Source: Candidatus Bathyarchaeota archaeon (GTDB taxonomy: Archaea > Thermoproteota > Bathyarchaeia > TCS64). From it: DNA of 64,000 bases. The stretch spans positions 62,152 to 126,151 of the forward strand of contig CAWACK010000008.1 in the NCBI GenBank assembly GCA_963780545.1, in the 5' to 3' direction. Each line of letters begins with the position of its first letter. The first letter of the stretch is position 1. Of the stretch, positions 9,070 to 18,666 are shown one piece after another. The translations under genes and the position numbers were made by a program. The notes under the pieces were generated by a model. The model was given only the letters and a program-made list of their open reading frames with translations. It made no database searches and was not told the origin of the DNA.

Positions 9070-9786
9070 CTATTTTTTAGAATCTTCTACAACTTCAACA
9101 CGTGCACCGTGTAGTGCAGCTACAAGTTCTGCGACCTGTTTTATCGTCATCGTCTCACCCTTCATTAGTTTTGTACCTTTTCCCTTCCTAAGGTAACCGA
9201 GTAGGTTCTGGGCGCATTTGTTGACGGTGATAAGTGTGACTGGCGTATCCTCCGGCGGATGGATCTTTACGATACCGGTCTCCTTTGCAGCCTTGTTAAA
9301 CCGAGGAAAGAGGCGGCTGTCGTTGGGATCCCTGCCCTCTAGGTCGTAGATGTTGGGAAGCCTGATTATTGTGAAGTCGGGTAGTTGTTCGACTAGCTTC
9401 TCAGCCTCTCGCTTCGCGGCTGCATAGGGGGACTGAAGCTGGCCGCAGCACTGGCAGCGAAAGTTTTCCCCGGCAAGCTGGGTGCTAGTGAAGATAAGGC
9501 GTCTTTCATGCTTTTTGCAGGCGTCGACGACGTTGGCTGTACCTTTAACGATGTTTTCCCAGTACTTCCAGGGGTTTTGAATGCTTTCCTGTACGATGCA
9601 CGGGGAGGCGAGATGGTACACTATATCGACGGATTCGATGGCTTCTTCGATCCTCGACGCGTCCCGGATGTCGTCTTTTGGGTTAGATGCGATGTCGAAG
9701 CTGATTGGGTAGTTGCTTGATTCCCTGAGAACCTTCAGGAGTTCGGAGCCTATGTAACCTGCGCCACCTGTGACTAGGACCTTCAT
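9070..9786 (-). CDS. NAD-dependent epimerase/dehydratase (short SDR-type)
   Basis: 238 aa with the VTGGAGYIGS Rossmann motif and a YAAAK catalytic motif. Confidence 0.75.
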   Translation of the reverse strand: MKVLVTGGAGYIGSELLKVLRESSNYPISFDIASNPKDDIRDASRIEEAIESVDIVYHLASPCIVQESIQNPWKYWENIVKGTANVVDACKKHERRLIFTSTQLAGENFRCQCCGQLQSPYAAAKREAEKLVEQLPDFTIIRLPNIYDLEGRDPNDSRLFPRFNKAAKETGIVKIHPPEDTPVTLITVNKCAQNLLGYLRKGKGTKLMKGETMTIKQVAELVAALHGARVEVVEDSKK

Positions 9787-9855
9787 CCCTCTAGGTTTCG
9801 GCGGGGTGCTTATTTCCGTTGCCTATAGTTTTTGATATGCTAATCGAAGAAGAAT

Positions 9856-10191
9856 TCAAGAGACCTTTGAGCCGTTAGGTACTTCACGCTCCGTTGTGAG
9901 GAGGGAAAGTTTTCCGTCCTTCTCAGCTGTTAGAAGCATCCCGTTGCTCTCGTTGCCGAATATCTTCGCGGGTTTTAGGTTGCAGATGATGCATATTACT
10001 TTGCCTTTGATCTCATCGGCTTTGTAGTATTCGACGAGGCCTGTGATTACCTGGCGCATGTGGTCGCCCATATCGACCTGTAGGCGGTAGAGCTTGTCGC
10101 TTCCGGTGATCTGCTCGATCTCTTTCACTGTTCCCGTGCGGATGTCGAGGCGTTTGAATTCTCTGATGCTCACGATCTCTGGTTCGGACAT
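9856..10191 (-). CDS. tRNA-binding domain protein (CsaA/Trbp111-like)
   Basis: 111 aa: FKRLDIRTGTV...DKLYRLQVDMG...NLKPAKIFGNESNGMLL, the typical OB-fold tRNA-binding domain. Confidence 0.8.
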   Translation of the reverse strand: MSEPEIVSIREFKRLDIRTGTVKEIEQITGSDKLYRLQVDMGDHMRQVITGLVEYYKADEIKGKVICIICNLKPAKIFGNESNGMLLTAEKDGKLSLLTTEREVPNGSKVS

Positions 10192-10253
10192 GGCTCTGGA
10201 TTAATCTCGATGCCTTTTAAGCGTTAATAGATTTACCAAAGAGTGCGTTTAGG

Positions 10254-11413
10254 CTAGACGAGGTAGTGGGCTGCAACTAAGGCGTATGCTTTGCTTACCT
10301 TTGGGAGCCAGTCTAATTCGACGTACTCGTTCTTCTGGTGTGTTCCTCCGGGTTTTGGACCGAAGTGTATGCAGGGAATCCCACCCTCACCAGTGAGTGT
10401 GTTGGCGTCGGTGATGCTCTTCGGGTAGTTGTACTCTGGTGCAACGCCGAAGACTTCTCTGTAGACCTTGTCGAATACTTTGACGATGGGCTCCGTTTTC
10501 TTGATCTCGTAGCTGGCGTATAGGGGGGCTTCGTCCGGACCTCGACGTTGCTCTTGAGATTTAAGCTCTTGATCAGCCGCTCCATGTCTTTGATCGCGTA
10601 TTCGACGGTTTCACCGGGGACGAGGAGCCTATTGACTTCGAATCGGCATGTGGCGGGGACTACTACGCTGTAGACTGTGTATCCTCCCTCGATCTTGAGT
10701 GTGCTGTAGTTACCTTGACCGAACTTTGGGTGTTTCTTGAACCTTAGCCCTGGGAGGTTGGCGAGGATGATGCCGGCTTCCTCTACGGCGTTAACGCCTT
10801 CCTCTGGATCGAAGCCGTGGGCTGCTTTCCCGTGGACGCGTATATCGTAGAGGATCTTTCCTGTTATGCCCAGGTGTGTCCCGTTACCGGCTTCACCCGT
10901 GTTGGCTTCCCCGAGGACCACTGCGTCGACCTTTCCATAGTCGGTTTTGAGCATCGCCTTTGCTCCCTCACCGAAGGCCTCCTCGTCAATGACGCCGGCG
11001 AAGCTTAGCTCTCCGGCGAACTCGTATCCACTGTTAGCGAATGCGCGTAGCATGTTGAGAGTGCATGCTATGCCTCCTTTCATGTCGTTGGAACCGAGGC
11101 CATGCAGCCTGTTTCCCTTCTTCACCGCTTCGAAGGGGTCCATGGTCCAGCCCTCAACCACTGGGACCGTGTCCATGTGGCCGCAGAAGTTGAGACGCTT
11201 ACCCTTTTCCCTGCCCTTGAGCTTGCCATAGACGTTGGGGCGGTTGGGCTCCACCTCTTGGAACTCTGTTTCGTACCCCAGCTTGTCGAGTTCGGTCTTC
11301 AGGTATTCGGCGAGCTCCTTCTCCTCCTTCACCACGGAGGGTATCGAGATCATCTCCTCCAGTTTTTTGACGGTGTATCGGTCGTCGAGCTTCTTGAGAA
11401 GGTCCTCGTACAT
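10254..11413 (-). pseudogene. M20 family peptidase/deacylase (ArgE/DapE-like), frameshifted in a homopolymer
   Basis: N-terminal 295 aa are intact (GHMDTVPV, GSNDMKGG, VIDEEAFGEG). After ...VEVRTKPP the family sequence continues in another frame down to TAG 10254-10256. Junction at the G6 run 10523-10528. Confidence 0.8.
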
Positions 11414-11479
11414 CTTTGTCGCTGCATGGATCTCTGCTTCCGGTTAAATGGTTTGCTTTGAGGAACATGGGAAATCTGT

Positions 11480-12667
11480 TTACTTGTTGAGGAAGGTGTC
11501 CGCGATCTCGACGTACATTCTGCTCACCTTTGGGAGCCATGTGACGTCAACGTACTCGTTCTTCTCGTGGGTGCCTCCTCCCTTCTTCGGATCGGAGACG
11601 CCGCGGGCGGGGCCGAGGTGCAGGCAGGGTATCTTCCCAACCCCCGCGAATGTGTTTGCATCGGTGATCCCGTATGCGTACTGGTAGACCGGTGGTTTCC
11701 CCATCACTTTGTTGTATATGGGGTCGAAGGCCTTGATGATCGTTTCATCCTTCGACATGACGTAGGCCTCATATTGGGGCGGCTTCGTTTTCACCTCGAC
11801 TGTGCTCTTTAGGTTAAGAAAATCGACGAGCCGCTCCATGTCGGCGATGCAGCTCTGCAAGGTCTCACCAGGCACGAGAAGCCTGTTTACCTCGAATCTA
11901 GCGGTTGCGGGAACGACGACGCTGTAGATCTGGTACCCACCCTCAAACTTGAGGGTTGAGTAGTTGCCCTTATGGAAGTCTGGATGGTCGTAGAAGCTCA
12001 GCTTGTCGAGGTTCGCAATTATCTTGGCGGCGTCTTCAACGGCGTTTACGCCGAGGTGTGGGCGGAAGCCGTGTGCGGCCTTACCGTGGACGGTGACATC
12101 GTAAAGAATCTTTCCGGTGATTCCGAGAGGCATTGGCTTCGACTCGTCGCAGGGGTAAGGCTCAGCCAATATTATTGCGTCAACCTTCCCATAGTCGGTT
12201 TTGAGCATCGCCTTGGCGCCCTCGCCGAAGGCCTCCTCGTCAATTACTCCGGATACGGAGAGTTCGCCCTTGAGATTGTGACCTGAATCCTGGAGCGCCT
12301 TAAGCATCGTGAGGACACAGGCAAAGCCCGCCTTCATGTCGCAGCTGCCCAACCCAATCAGCTTCTCTCCCATCCTGACTGGTTGGAATGGATCGGTCTC
12401 CCAGCCCTCCACGACGGGGATAGTGTCGAGGTGGCCGTTGTAGTTGAGTCGCCTCCCCGACTTGTCTCCCATTACATGGGCGTAGACGTTAGGCCGCATG
12501 GGTGCGACCTCATGTATCTCTGTCTTTAATCCGAGGGACTCAAGTTCTCGTAGGAGATATTCGGCTAGTTCCCCCTCGTTGCCAACTATGGAGTTGATTC
12601 TGATCATCTCCTCTAGTTTTCGGAGGGTGTAGGAATCATCGATCCTCTTCACGGCGTCATCTAGCAT
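11480..12667 (-). CDS. M20 family peptidase/deacylase (ArgE/DapE-like), tandem paralogue
   Basis: 395 aa from ATG 12667 (MLDDAVKRIDDSYTLRKLEEM...), with GHLDTIPV, GSCDMKAG and VIDEEAFGEGAKAMLKTDYGKVDA. The longer ORF to 12796 would overlap the divergent neighbour. Confidence 0.85.
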   Translation of the reverse strand: MLDDAVKRIDDSYTLRKLEEMIRINSIVGNEGELAEYLLRELESLGLKTEIHEVAPMRPNVYAHVMGDKSGRRLNYNGHLDTIPVVEGWETDPFQPVRMGEKLIGLGSCDMKAGFACVLTMLKALQDSGHNLKGELSVSGVIDEEAFGEGAKAMLKTDYGKVDAIILAEPYPCDESKPMPLGITGKILYDVTVHGKAAHGFRPHLGVNAVEDAAKIIANLDKLSFYDHPDFHKGNYSTLKFEGGYQIYSVVVPATARFEVNRLLVPGETLQSCIADMERLVDFLNLKSTVEVKTKPPQYEAYVMSKDETIIKAFDPIYNKVMGKPPVYQYAYGITDANTFAGVGKIPCLHLGPARGVSDPKKGGGTHEKNEYVDVTWLPKVSRMYVEIADTFLNK

Positions 12668-12739
12668 GGCTTTCGCTGCATGATACCGCCTGATACATGT
12701 ATAATACTTACCAATTCGGGGTTGCGAAGTATCAAATAC

Positions 12740-13804
12740 ATGGTTCAGGGGAGTTTTAGGGGATCCAGTTTGAAGCTCGTTACGTTCAAGGTCCACACCG
12801 AGCGCAGGCTCGGCGCAATAGTGAAGCAGGGGATCGTCGACCTAAACTCCGCTTATGCGCTATATTTGAAGGAGAAGGAGGGGGAGCTCTACCCTAGTCG
12901 CGTCGCCTCGGCGCTGATTCCCGCTGACATGGTGGGCTTCCTAGAGGGGGGAGAGAAGTCGAGGAGGGAAGCCGAGAAGGTCCTAGAGTGGCTGGGGAAC
13001 AGGAAAGATGCTTTAGGCGTCGACGGAGAAAGGATAGTTCTCGGCGAGGAGGCACGCATCCAAGCCCCCATCAGTTACCCAGGGAAGATCTATTGCACCG
13101 CAGTCAACTATTACGATCACGCAACCGAGAGGATGGCCGACAAGCCTGAGGAGAGGAAGAAGGAGATAGAGCGCCTCAAGTCGCTTAACCTAAAGGTCGC
13201 GGACTGCTTCCAGAAGCAGCCCAGCCTCATCATTGGAACAGGTGTACCCATCATCAAGCCCAAGGTCTCTAAACAGCTCGACTACGAGAACGAACTCGCC
13301 GTCGTCATCGGGAGGAAATGTAAGGACATCAAACCAGAAGAAGCCTATGGCTGCATCGCTGGCTACACGATCCTCATCGACGTCAGCTTCAGAGATCAGG
13401 GATTCCCCCAGGATGTGGATTTCCGCCTCTACAAGGGTGACATAAATTGGACGAAGGGAAAGGGGATGGATAACGCTGCTCCGATGGGTCCATGCATTGT
13501 CACCGCGGATGAGATACCGGACCCCTACAGGGTACCGCTGAGGCTTGTGACTCGAGTCAACGGCAAGACGCGCCAGGACGGCACCGTGGAGAATATGATA
13601 ATCAGGATCCCCGACCTCGTCAGCTACATGAGCCGGGGCACGACGTTAAATCCTGGGGACATAATCGCAACGGGGACATGCGCGGGAGTCGCAGGGAGCT
13701 GGGGCCCCGAGGGCTTCCTCAAGGTCGGAGATGTTTTGGAGTGCGAGATTCAGCCCATCGGCGTGATGAAGCATACAGTCGTCGAGGATATGGGCCCTGT
13801 TTAG
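12740..13804 (+). CDS. Fumarylacetoacetate hydrolase (FAH) family protein
   Basis: The C-terminal FAH domain (YENELAVVIGRKCKD ... GDIIATGT) has an N-terminal extension. Start uncertain: ATG 12740 or TTG 12770. Confidence 0.8.
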   Translation: MVQGSFRGSSLKLVTFKVHTERRLGAIVKQGIVDLNSAYALYLKEKEGELYPSRVASALIPADMVGFLEGGEKSRREAEKVLEWLGNRKDALGVDGERIVLGEEARIQAPISYPGKIYCTAVNYYDHATERMADKPEERKKEIERLKSLNLKVADCFQKQPSLIIGTGVPIIKPKVSKQLDYENELAVVIGRKCKDIKPEEAYGCIAGYTILIDVSFRDQGFPQDVDFRLYKGDINWTKGKGMDNAAPMGPCIVTADEIPDPYRVPLRLVTRVNGKTRQDGTVENMIIRIPDLVSYMSRGTTLNPGDIIATGTCAGVAGSWGPEGFLKVGDVLECEIQPIGVMKHTVVEDMGPV

Positions 13805-13808
13805 ATTC

Positions 13809-13840
13809 TCCACATATTAGCATGTGGAAGGGCTTTTTTT
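13809..13840 (+). terminator. Hairpin (tccacat/atgtgga, 6-nt loop) followed by a T7 run
   Basis: Stem 13809-13815 / 13822-13828 and T7 at 13834-13840, beginning 5 nt after the FAH stop codon. Confidence 0.5.
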
Positions 13841-13847
13841 AAGCTGG

Positions 13848-14688
13848 TTAATCGAGGTAGATTCCCTTCACTATGTAGTCTGAATCGTCGAACTTGTAGC
13901 CGTGGCGGGCTAAATCCTCGCCGATCTTCGTGAGGGTCGCCTCGTGGAAGCAGCTCAGCTGGGGGATGCCTCTCTCCGCAGCTTTCCACGTGGCGAACCG
14001 AAGGCACGAATCCGCGTCCCCGCCCCAGACGCCGATGTGGAGGGACTGCTCCTGCATGAAGCGGGCGCCGAGCGTCACCACGCTGCCCGTTTCCTGGTCC
14101 TCGTACACCATCCCTTTTTTCGCCATGTCCTCGCATAGGGCTGGGGTGAGCCTGTAGAATGTGCGGTTCATCACAAGCCAACCCAACCAATCGTTTTGAT
14201 GAGGCATTAAGAGGGCGGTGGCCCTCTTCGGGTCTGTGTACGGGCGTGAATCCACCTCTCTCGCCAGCATCGATGTGAATCGGTAGTGTCGCACCCTTGA
14301 ACGTCCCCTGTAGAGTTAACCCATATCTCTCAGCCAAGCCACTGCTCACAACATTCGTGATGCCCGTGTACATCCTCATCGCCTTCACCCTCTGGGTCCG
14401 GGCGAGATCGAGCCAGTGCTCATAGAGACGTTTACCAAGTCCCAGCCCTTGCCGCTCGGGTATAACGCGCAGAGTCTCAAGCCACGCCGAGCCATCCGGC
14501 ACAATCGTATACTTTCCACAGGCGACGAGTTCACCGTCCAGCTCCTCGACGCTGAACTCCCCCACCTTATCGTCGACGAACGTATCGAATACGTACGGCA
14601 GATACCTGTGGTTCGGCATCGACTTGGACTCAACCCACAACACATTCTCCCAATCCGCCGGCCTGGCCCTACGAAGCACGATGTTCAT
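13848..14688 (-). pseudogene. GNAT N-acetyltransferase with C-terminal extra domain, frameshifted
   Basis: From ATG 14688: MNIVLRRARPADWENV... with the acetyl-CoA motif RVIPERQGLGLGKRL. The frame changes near 14225-14260 (GERGGFTPV | YTDPKRATALLMPHQ...) and continues to TAA 13848-13850. Confidence 0.7.
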
Positions 14689-14819
14689 GAAGCCACCATT
14701 TGATAACACTCGATACCAAAATAGTGGCGTAAAACGCTTCCGATTAAAAACCACCAGGAAAAAACATTATGTGCAATAGACGATTTTTTTCGCGATAAAA
14801 TTTTGGCTAGTTAACTAAG

Positions 14820-16589
14820 TTAACCTTCGTCCCCCTTCTCAATCTGCTTGAGCTGCGACCTATACATATCGAGTAGTTCAGGTATTGTCGTCGCTTCCTC
14901 AGATGACTTGTCGTCTCGCCACCTCTGGAATCGGGGGAAACGTACAGCTAGTCCCGCGCCCTTCCTAACTGCGTCGAAGCCCGCTGTGTGGATCGGGCTC
15001 AGGGTTAGTTCGTCGCCTAGGACCTCCATGACCTTCTCCGGGGCGAACCAGACATCTGCCTTAAGGAGGCTGTCTACGAGAGGGTGCTTTCCTTCGTGTT
15101 TGAGGGGCTCCAGATCTTTCGGGAGTGTGGCCAACACCTCGTCGGTGAAGCCGGAGCCGACCTTGCAGACTGTACGATACATGTCAGCGTCGCGGTCATA
15201 GGCAGCGCCGAGGAGGGCGCCGTAGCTACCTGCTCTTCTCCCCATGCCATGAAAAGCACCGACCACAACAAGGTCAACTGGGTCCGACATCTTGCTCTGG
15301 TAACTCCTCTTAAGTTTCACCCAGAGCCAGCTTCTCGCCCCTGCGCGGTAGATTGATTCGTTGGCTAGGCTCTTACATACCAGCCCTTCTGTCCCGTCAG
15401 CGATAGCCTGCTCGAAGAACCGCTCCACCTCCTTCGGGTCCTCAGTCTCCAGTGAGTTGACTCTGTGGAATCTCTCCGACTCGTCTATGATCTCTTTGAG
15501 CTTCTCTTTTCTCATCGGATAAGGTTCAAGGGTGTAGTCTTTCCCGTCGGCGTAGAGGCAGTCGAAGAGGAAGATCGTGACGGGGAGTCTCTCCATAGCC
15601 TCCTGGATGCCGTGTTTTCTTCGACGCTGCATGAGGGTCTGGAAGGGACGCATCTCGCCGGTGTCGGTATCGACGGCTACGACCTCTCCCTCGACTATTG
15701 CGCTCCTCGCCTTGATCTGGTTCTGCGCCATCTTGACTGCATCTGGGTACATGTTGGTGATGTTCTCGAGGCGGCGACTGAATATCTCGACCTTTTCGCT
15801 TTGCTTATGGATTTGGAGGCGTTCACCATCGAGTTTGTACTCAGCTGAAAGCCTCCCTAGCTTCTCGACGATTTCCTCCGCCGTGCTTAGCCTTTGCGCT
15901 GCCATCGCCATTATCGGCTTACCAACCGTTATCTCGAAGTTTTCGATGGCTTTCATACCTTTCTCAGCGAGAGTCTCAGCGACGTCTCCGAGGTCGCTGC
16001 TAAGGTAATAGGCACGCTCCAGTGCCTCGCGGGCGTCCTTCGAGCCGGTTCTTGCTATAGCGAGGGCGTCGAGTATCGTCATGTCGCCTATGCCTAGTCG
16101 AAGTGCACCGACAACGGTACGTGCAAGATAGCGGGCTGCTGTGGGGGAGGCGTTCACAATCAGCTTTACGAGTCTGTCTACCTTTCGTGCGGAGCTCCCC
16201 TGCCCCGACTCGTTGGCGATGGCGTCGAGGGTGTTGTAGACCTCGGATACGGTGGGCTTCTTCCCTCCGAAGGAGGCGATCTTCTTCTGCCTGAGAGCCG
16301 CTTCAGCCGTGTGGCCGATGTCCCCGGTCTCAGAGATGAGCTGCTCCACCTTCGACTTTTGGAGCCCAGTTGCCTTGATGATGGCTTCCACGACGCTCTT
16401 CTCAGCCATACCTATTTCGGGTTCGCCTGTCCAGTCTGGGTGGATCTTTCCTTGGGTTAGGTAGATCAGCTCCGCCATCTCCTCTGGCTCTGCCTCCCGA
16501 AGCAGGTTTGCAAGTATCTCGGTCATCTCGAGACGCTTCGTCGTCGCCTCCAGCTTGACGTAGGTCTCAACCAGGGTATCGTAGAGCAT
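14820..16589 (-). CDS. lig: ATP-dependent DNA ligase
   Basis: 589 aa with the adenylation motif EYKLDGER and archaeal Lig1-type domain order. Confidence 0.95.
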   Translation of the reverse strand: MLYDTLVETYVKLEATTKRLEMTEILANLLREAEPEEMAELIYLTQGKIHPDWTGEPEIGMAEKSVVEAIIKATGLQKSKVEQLISETGDIGHTAEAALRQKKIASFGGKKPTVSEVYNTLDAIANESGQGSSARKVDRLVKLIVNASPTAARYLARTVVGALRLGIGDMTILDALAIARTGSKDAREALERAYYLSSDLGDVAETLAEKGMKAIENFEITVGKPIMAMAAQRLSTAEEIVEKLGRLSAEYKLDGERLQIHKQSEKVEIFSRRLENITNMYPDAVKMAQNQIKARSAIVEGEVVAVDTDTGEMRPFQTLMQRRRKHGIQEAMERLPVTIFLFDCLYADGKDYTLEPYPMRKEKLKEIIDESERFHRVNSLETEDPKEVERFFEQAIADGTEGLVCKSLANESIYRAGARSWLWVKLKRSYQSKMSDPVDLVVVGAFHGMGRRAGSYGALLGAAYDRDADMYRTVCKVGSGFTDEVLATLPKDLEPLKHEGKHPLVDSLLKADVWFAPEKVMEVLGDELTLSPIHTAGFDAVRKGAGLAVRFPRFQRWRDDKSSEEATTIPELLDMYRSQLKQIEKGDEG

Positions 16590-16819
16590 TGGGATCGAAG
16601 AAATGAAGATTGGAGGCGATTAAAACCCTGCGCCTAGAGTCCACGCTCGCGCATTACATAATTAGAAATATGAGAGTAAATTAATTATTTTCTTCCTTGT
16701 GGCACACAAGCCCCCTAAACATAATGCCAACTTATTAGTAGGGGTGACTATCCCAAATTCCATACGCGTGAATACATTAGATTCAAGAACTCAAGACCGT
16801 AAATAGCAGGTAGATCTAC

Positions 16820-17107
16820 ATGGAACCCCACTCTGGAACCGCATACCAGCGATTCGCCGACTACTGCCATAACCGTGACATAGATGAGAATGAGGCTGTT
16901 ATCGCGATGACTGTGGCCTGTCAGCTTGACAACCTGCATCTCATCACGAGGCAGGGGCACGGCGCGGGCAAGCTAACTAGAGAGCCATGCCACATATTAC
17001 AAAAGGCGGGTGTTCTCTACGTGGGAGTTGGTAATCAGCCAAGCCACGTAGACTGGGAGAAGGTTAAGCATTACTTATCCATCAGCGATAAGCTTAGGGA
17101 ATCATGA
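16820..17107 (+). CDS. Hypothetical protein (ORFan)
   Basis: 95-aa ORF in an otherwise unassigned ~700-bp gap. No recognisable motif. Its stop overlaps the ATG of a 24-codon hydrophobic ORF (ATGA). Confidence 0.3.
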   Translation: MEPHSGTAYQRFADYCHNRDIDENEAVIAMTVACQLDNLHLITRQGHGAGKLTREPCHILQKAGVLYVGVGNQPSHVDWEKVKHYLSISDKLRES

Positions 17108-17178
17108 CGTGCGAGCGACTGAGTTCTATTCTACTCATTATACTCCTAATACTCGCACAGATGAGTCTGTTCAGCTAA
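17104..17178 (+). CDS. Putative 24-aa hydrophobic micropeptide
   Basis: MTCERLSSILLIILLILAQMSLFS. ATGA overlap with the preceding ORF. Purely an ORF-based call. Confidence 0.2.
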   Translation: MTCERLSSILLIILLILAQMSLFS

Positions 17179-17286
17179 GTGAGATAGAGCCCAGCTACAC
17201 CGACGTATCGTGTTCCGTGTAATCCTAGCTCTTGCCTTAAACCAGACAGACTTTCCTTAACTCCACACACTCTACAAGTTGGCGAG

Positions 17287-18514
17287 CTAGTTTTGCAAGC
17301 CAAGGGTGTCAGTTGGCACATCATATGGGCCTGCGCCGCTCTTCTGCTTGACGAGCACCATTTTATTCAGGTCCTTGGGGTGCTTCCCATCTACCTCATC
17401 GCGAAGCCAATCGGCTATGTATGGGTAGATCTCTATACCGCCGATACCCTCACGGAGGCTTATTCGGTGGAACTCGTTTTCAAGCACCCAAAGTTCCTTG
17501 GGACAGGTGAGCTCGTTGAAGAAGTCGACAGCAGTCTCGAGGTGACAAAGAGGATCATATTCCCCCATAGTGAGCAGGGTGGGACATCTGACCTTCTCAG
17601 CGTATCCCGCGGTATCCATCTTCTCCGCCATTGCGTCGAATTCGTCCTCATCGCTCAGCCCCGCTATGTACATGAACATTTGCTTGAAGCGGGGGGATGC
17701 CTCGCCGAATATGGCCTTCTTGGGGCCGACGACGGCGTATGATGTGGCGTAGTGCCCTAACTCGCCTATCTATCGCAGCCGTTCTGACGCCCCAGTGACA
17801 ACCGAAGCTGATTCCCGCGATCACGATCCGAGTTGGATCAACCTCTGGTCTACCCACAAGCCAGTCGATGGCCGCCATCGCCGCTCTTTCGTAGTTGTCG
17901 TCGGAGACCCGAATCTTCCGGATGTTGCTTATCCCCTGCCCCGGGCCGTCTATTGAGAGCACATGCATCTCCCTTCGAAGAAATGGATTGGCTAATGGAT
18001 TAGGGAACACCTCTTTCGTCATATCCATCCCTGGAAGAAAGAGGACAGCTGGTGCCCTCCTCCTGTCCCTGAGCAGATGGAAGCGACCCTGAATCTGGAC
18101 GCCCTCCCATGGGATCTCCACCTTCTCAACTGGGTAATCTGCGTAGCTTGCTACCTTGTCGTAGCACTCGATGTGTTTCCCATGGAGGAATATCTTCTCC
18201 TTATTGTCGTCCTCGAAGATGCTATGCTGGGCCTCGTGGTAGACCTGACTCGCCCGACGGTAGAGCTGACGAGCCGTGTCTATATGTCCCGCAGCCTCAG
18301 CGGCCTTCGCTATCGTCTCTATGTGACGCGCCTCCTTGCAGAGGACCCGCGGTATCATCCTATACGACTTAACCTCCGGCGGAAGGTCCCTCTCGTCGTT
18401 AGCGAAGTTCTGGACGCGCCCCGTAGTCTTAACTAGCCAGTCGAGTACCCACTGCTGGTCGTCCCTCTTCATCCTGCTCCTCGTCACCGTGGACACCTTT
18501 GGCTTATCCGCCAT
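17287..18514 (-). pseudogene. Alpha/beta hydrolase (dienelactone hydrolase/FrsA-like), frameshifted
   Basis: N-terminal part carries the nucleophile elbow GISFG. The frame changes near 17745-17775 (AAIDRR | ELGHYATSYAVVGPKKAIFGE...) and the C-terminal part is ORF 17287-17679. Confidence 0.7.
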
Positions 18515-18666
18515 TGGCAAAGAGAAGAAACTTTCGAATTCTCCGCCAACGCGAGTATAAAGAAAATATCTATGCTGTGAGATTCTACTCTAAAAAAGTG
18601 ATCCTTAGTTACTAAATCGTGCGCTAGTGTGTGTCTTTCGTCATTATAAATTCCTATAAAGAGGGA

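Noticed and set aside
8863-9114. 83-aa ORF in the 8791-9069 spacer
   Set aside because: It has no motifs, overlaps the 3-prime end of the epimerase gene, and its composition looks non-coding.
16931-16960. C/D-box sRNA-like GUGAUGA...CUGA on the minus strand
   Set aside because: The spacer is 16 nt rather than about 12. No C-prime or D box follows at the expected distance, and there are no terminal complementary ends.
17230-17262. RNase P RNA-like AAGGAAAGUCUG motif on the minus strand of the unassigned 16590-17286 region
   Set aside because: It only partly resembles the CR-I box GGAAAGUCC. I could not find the complementary P4 strand or the other conserved regions, and the surrounding sequence is not GC-rich or helical as in archaeal RNase P RNA.
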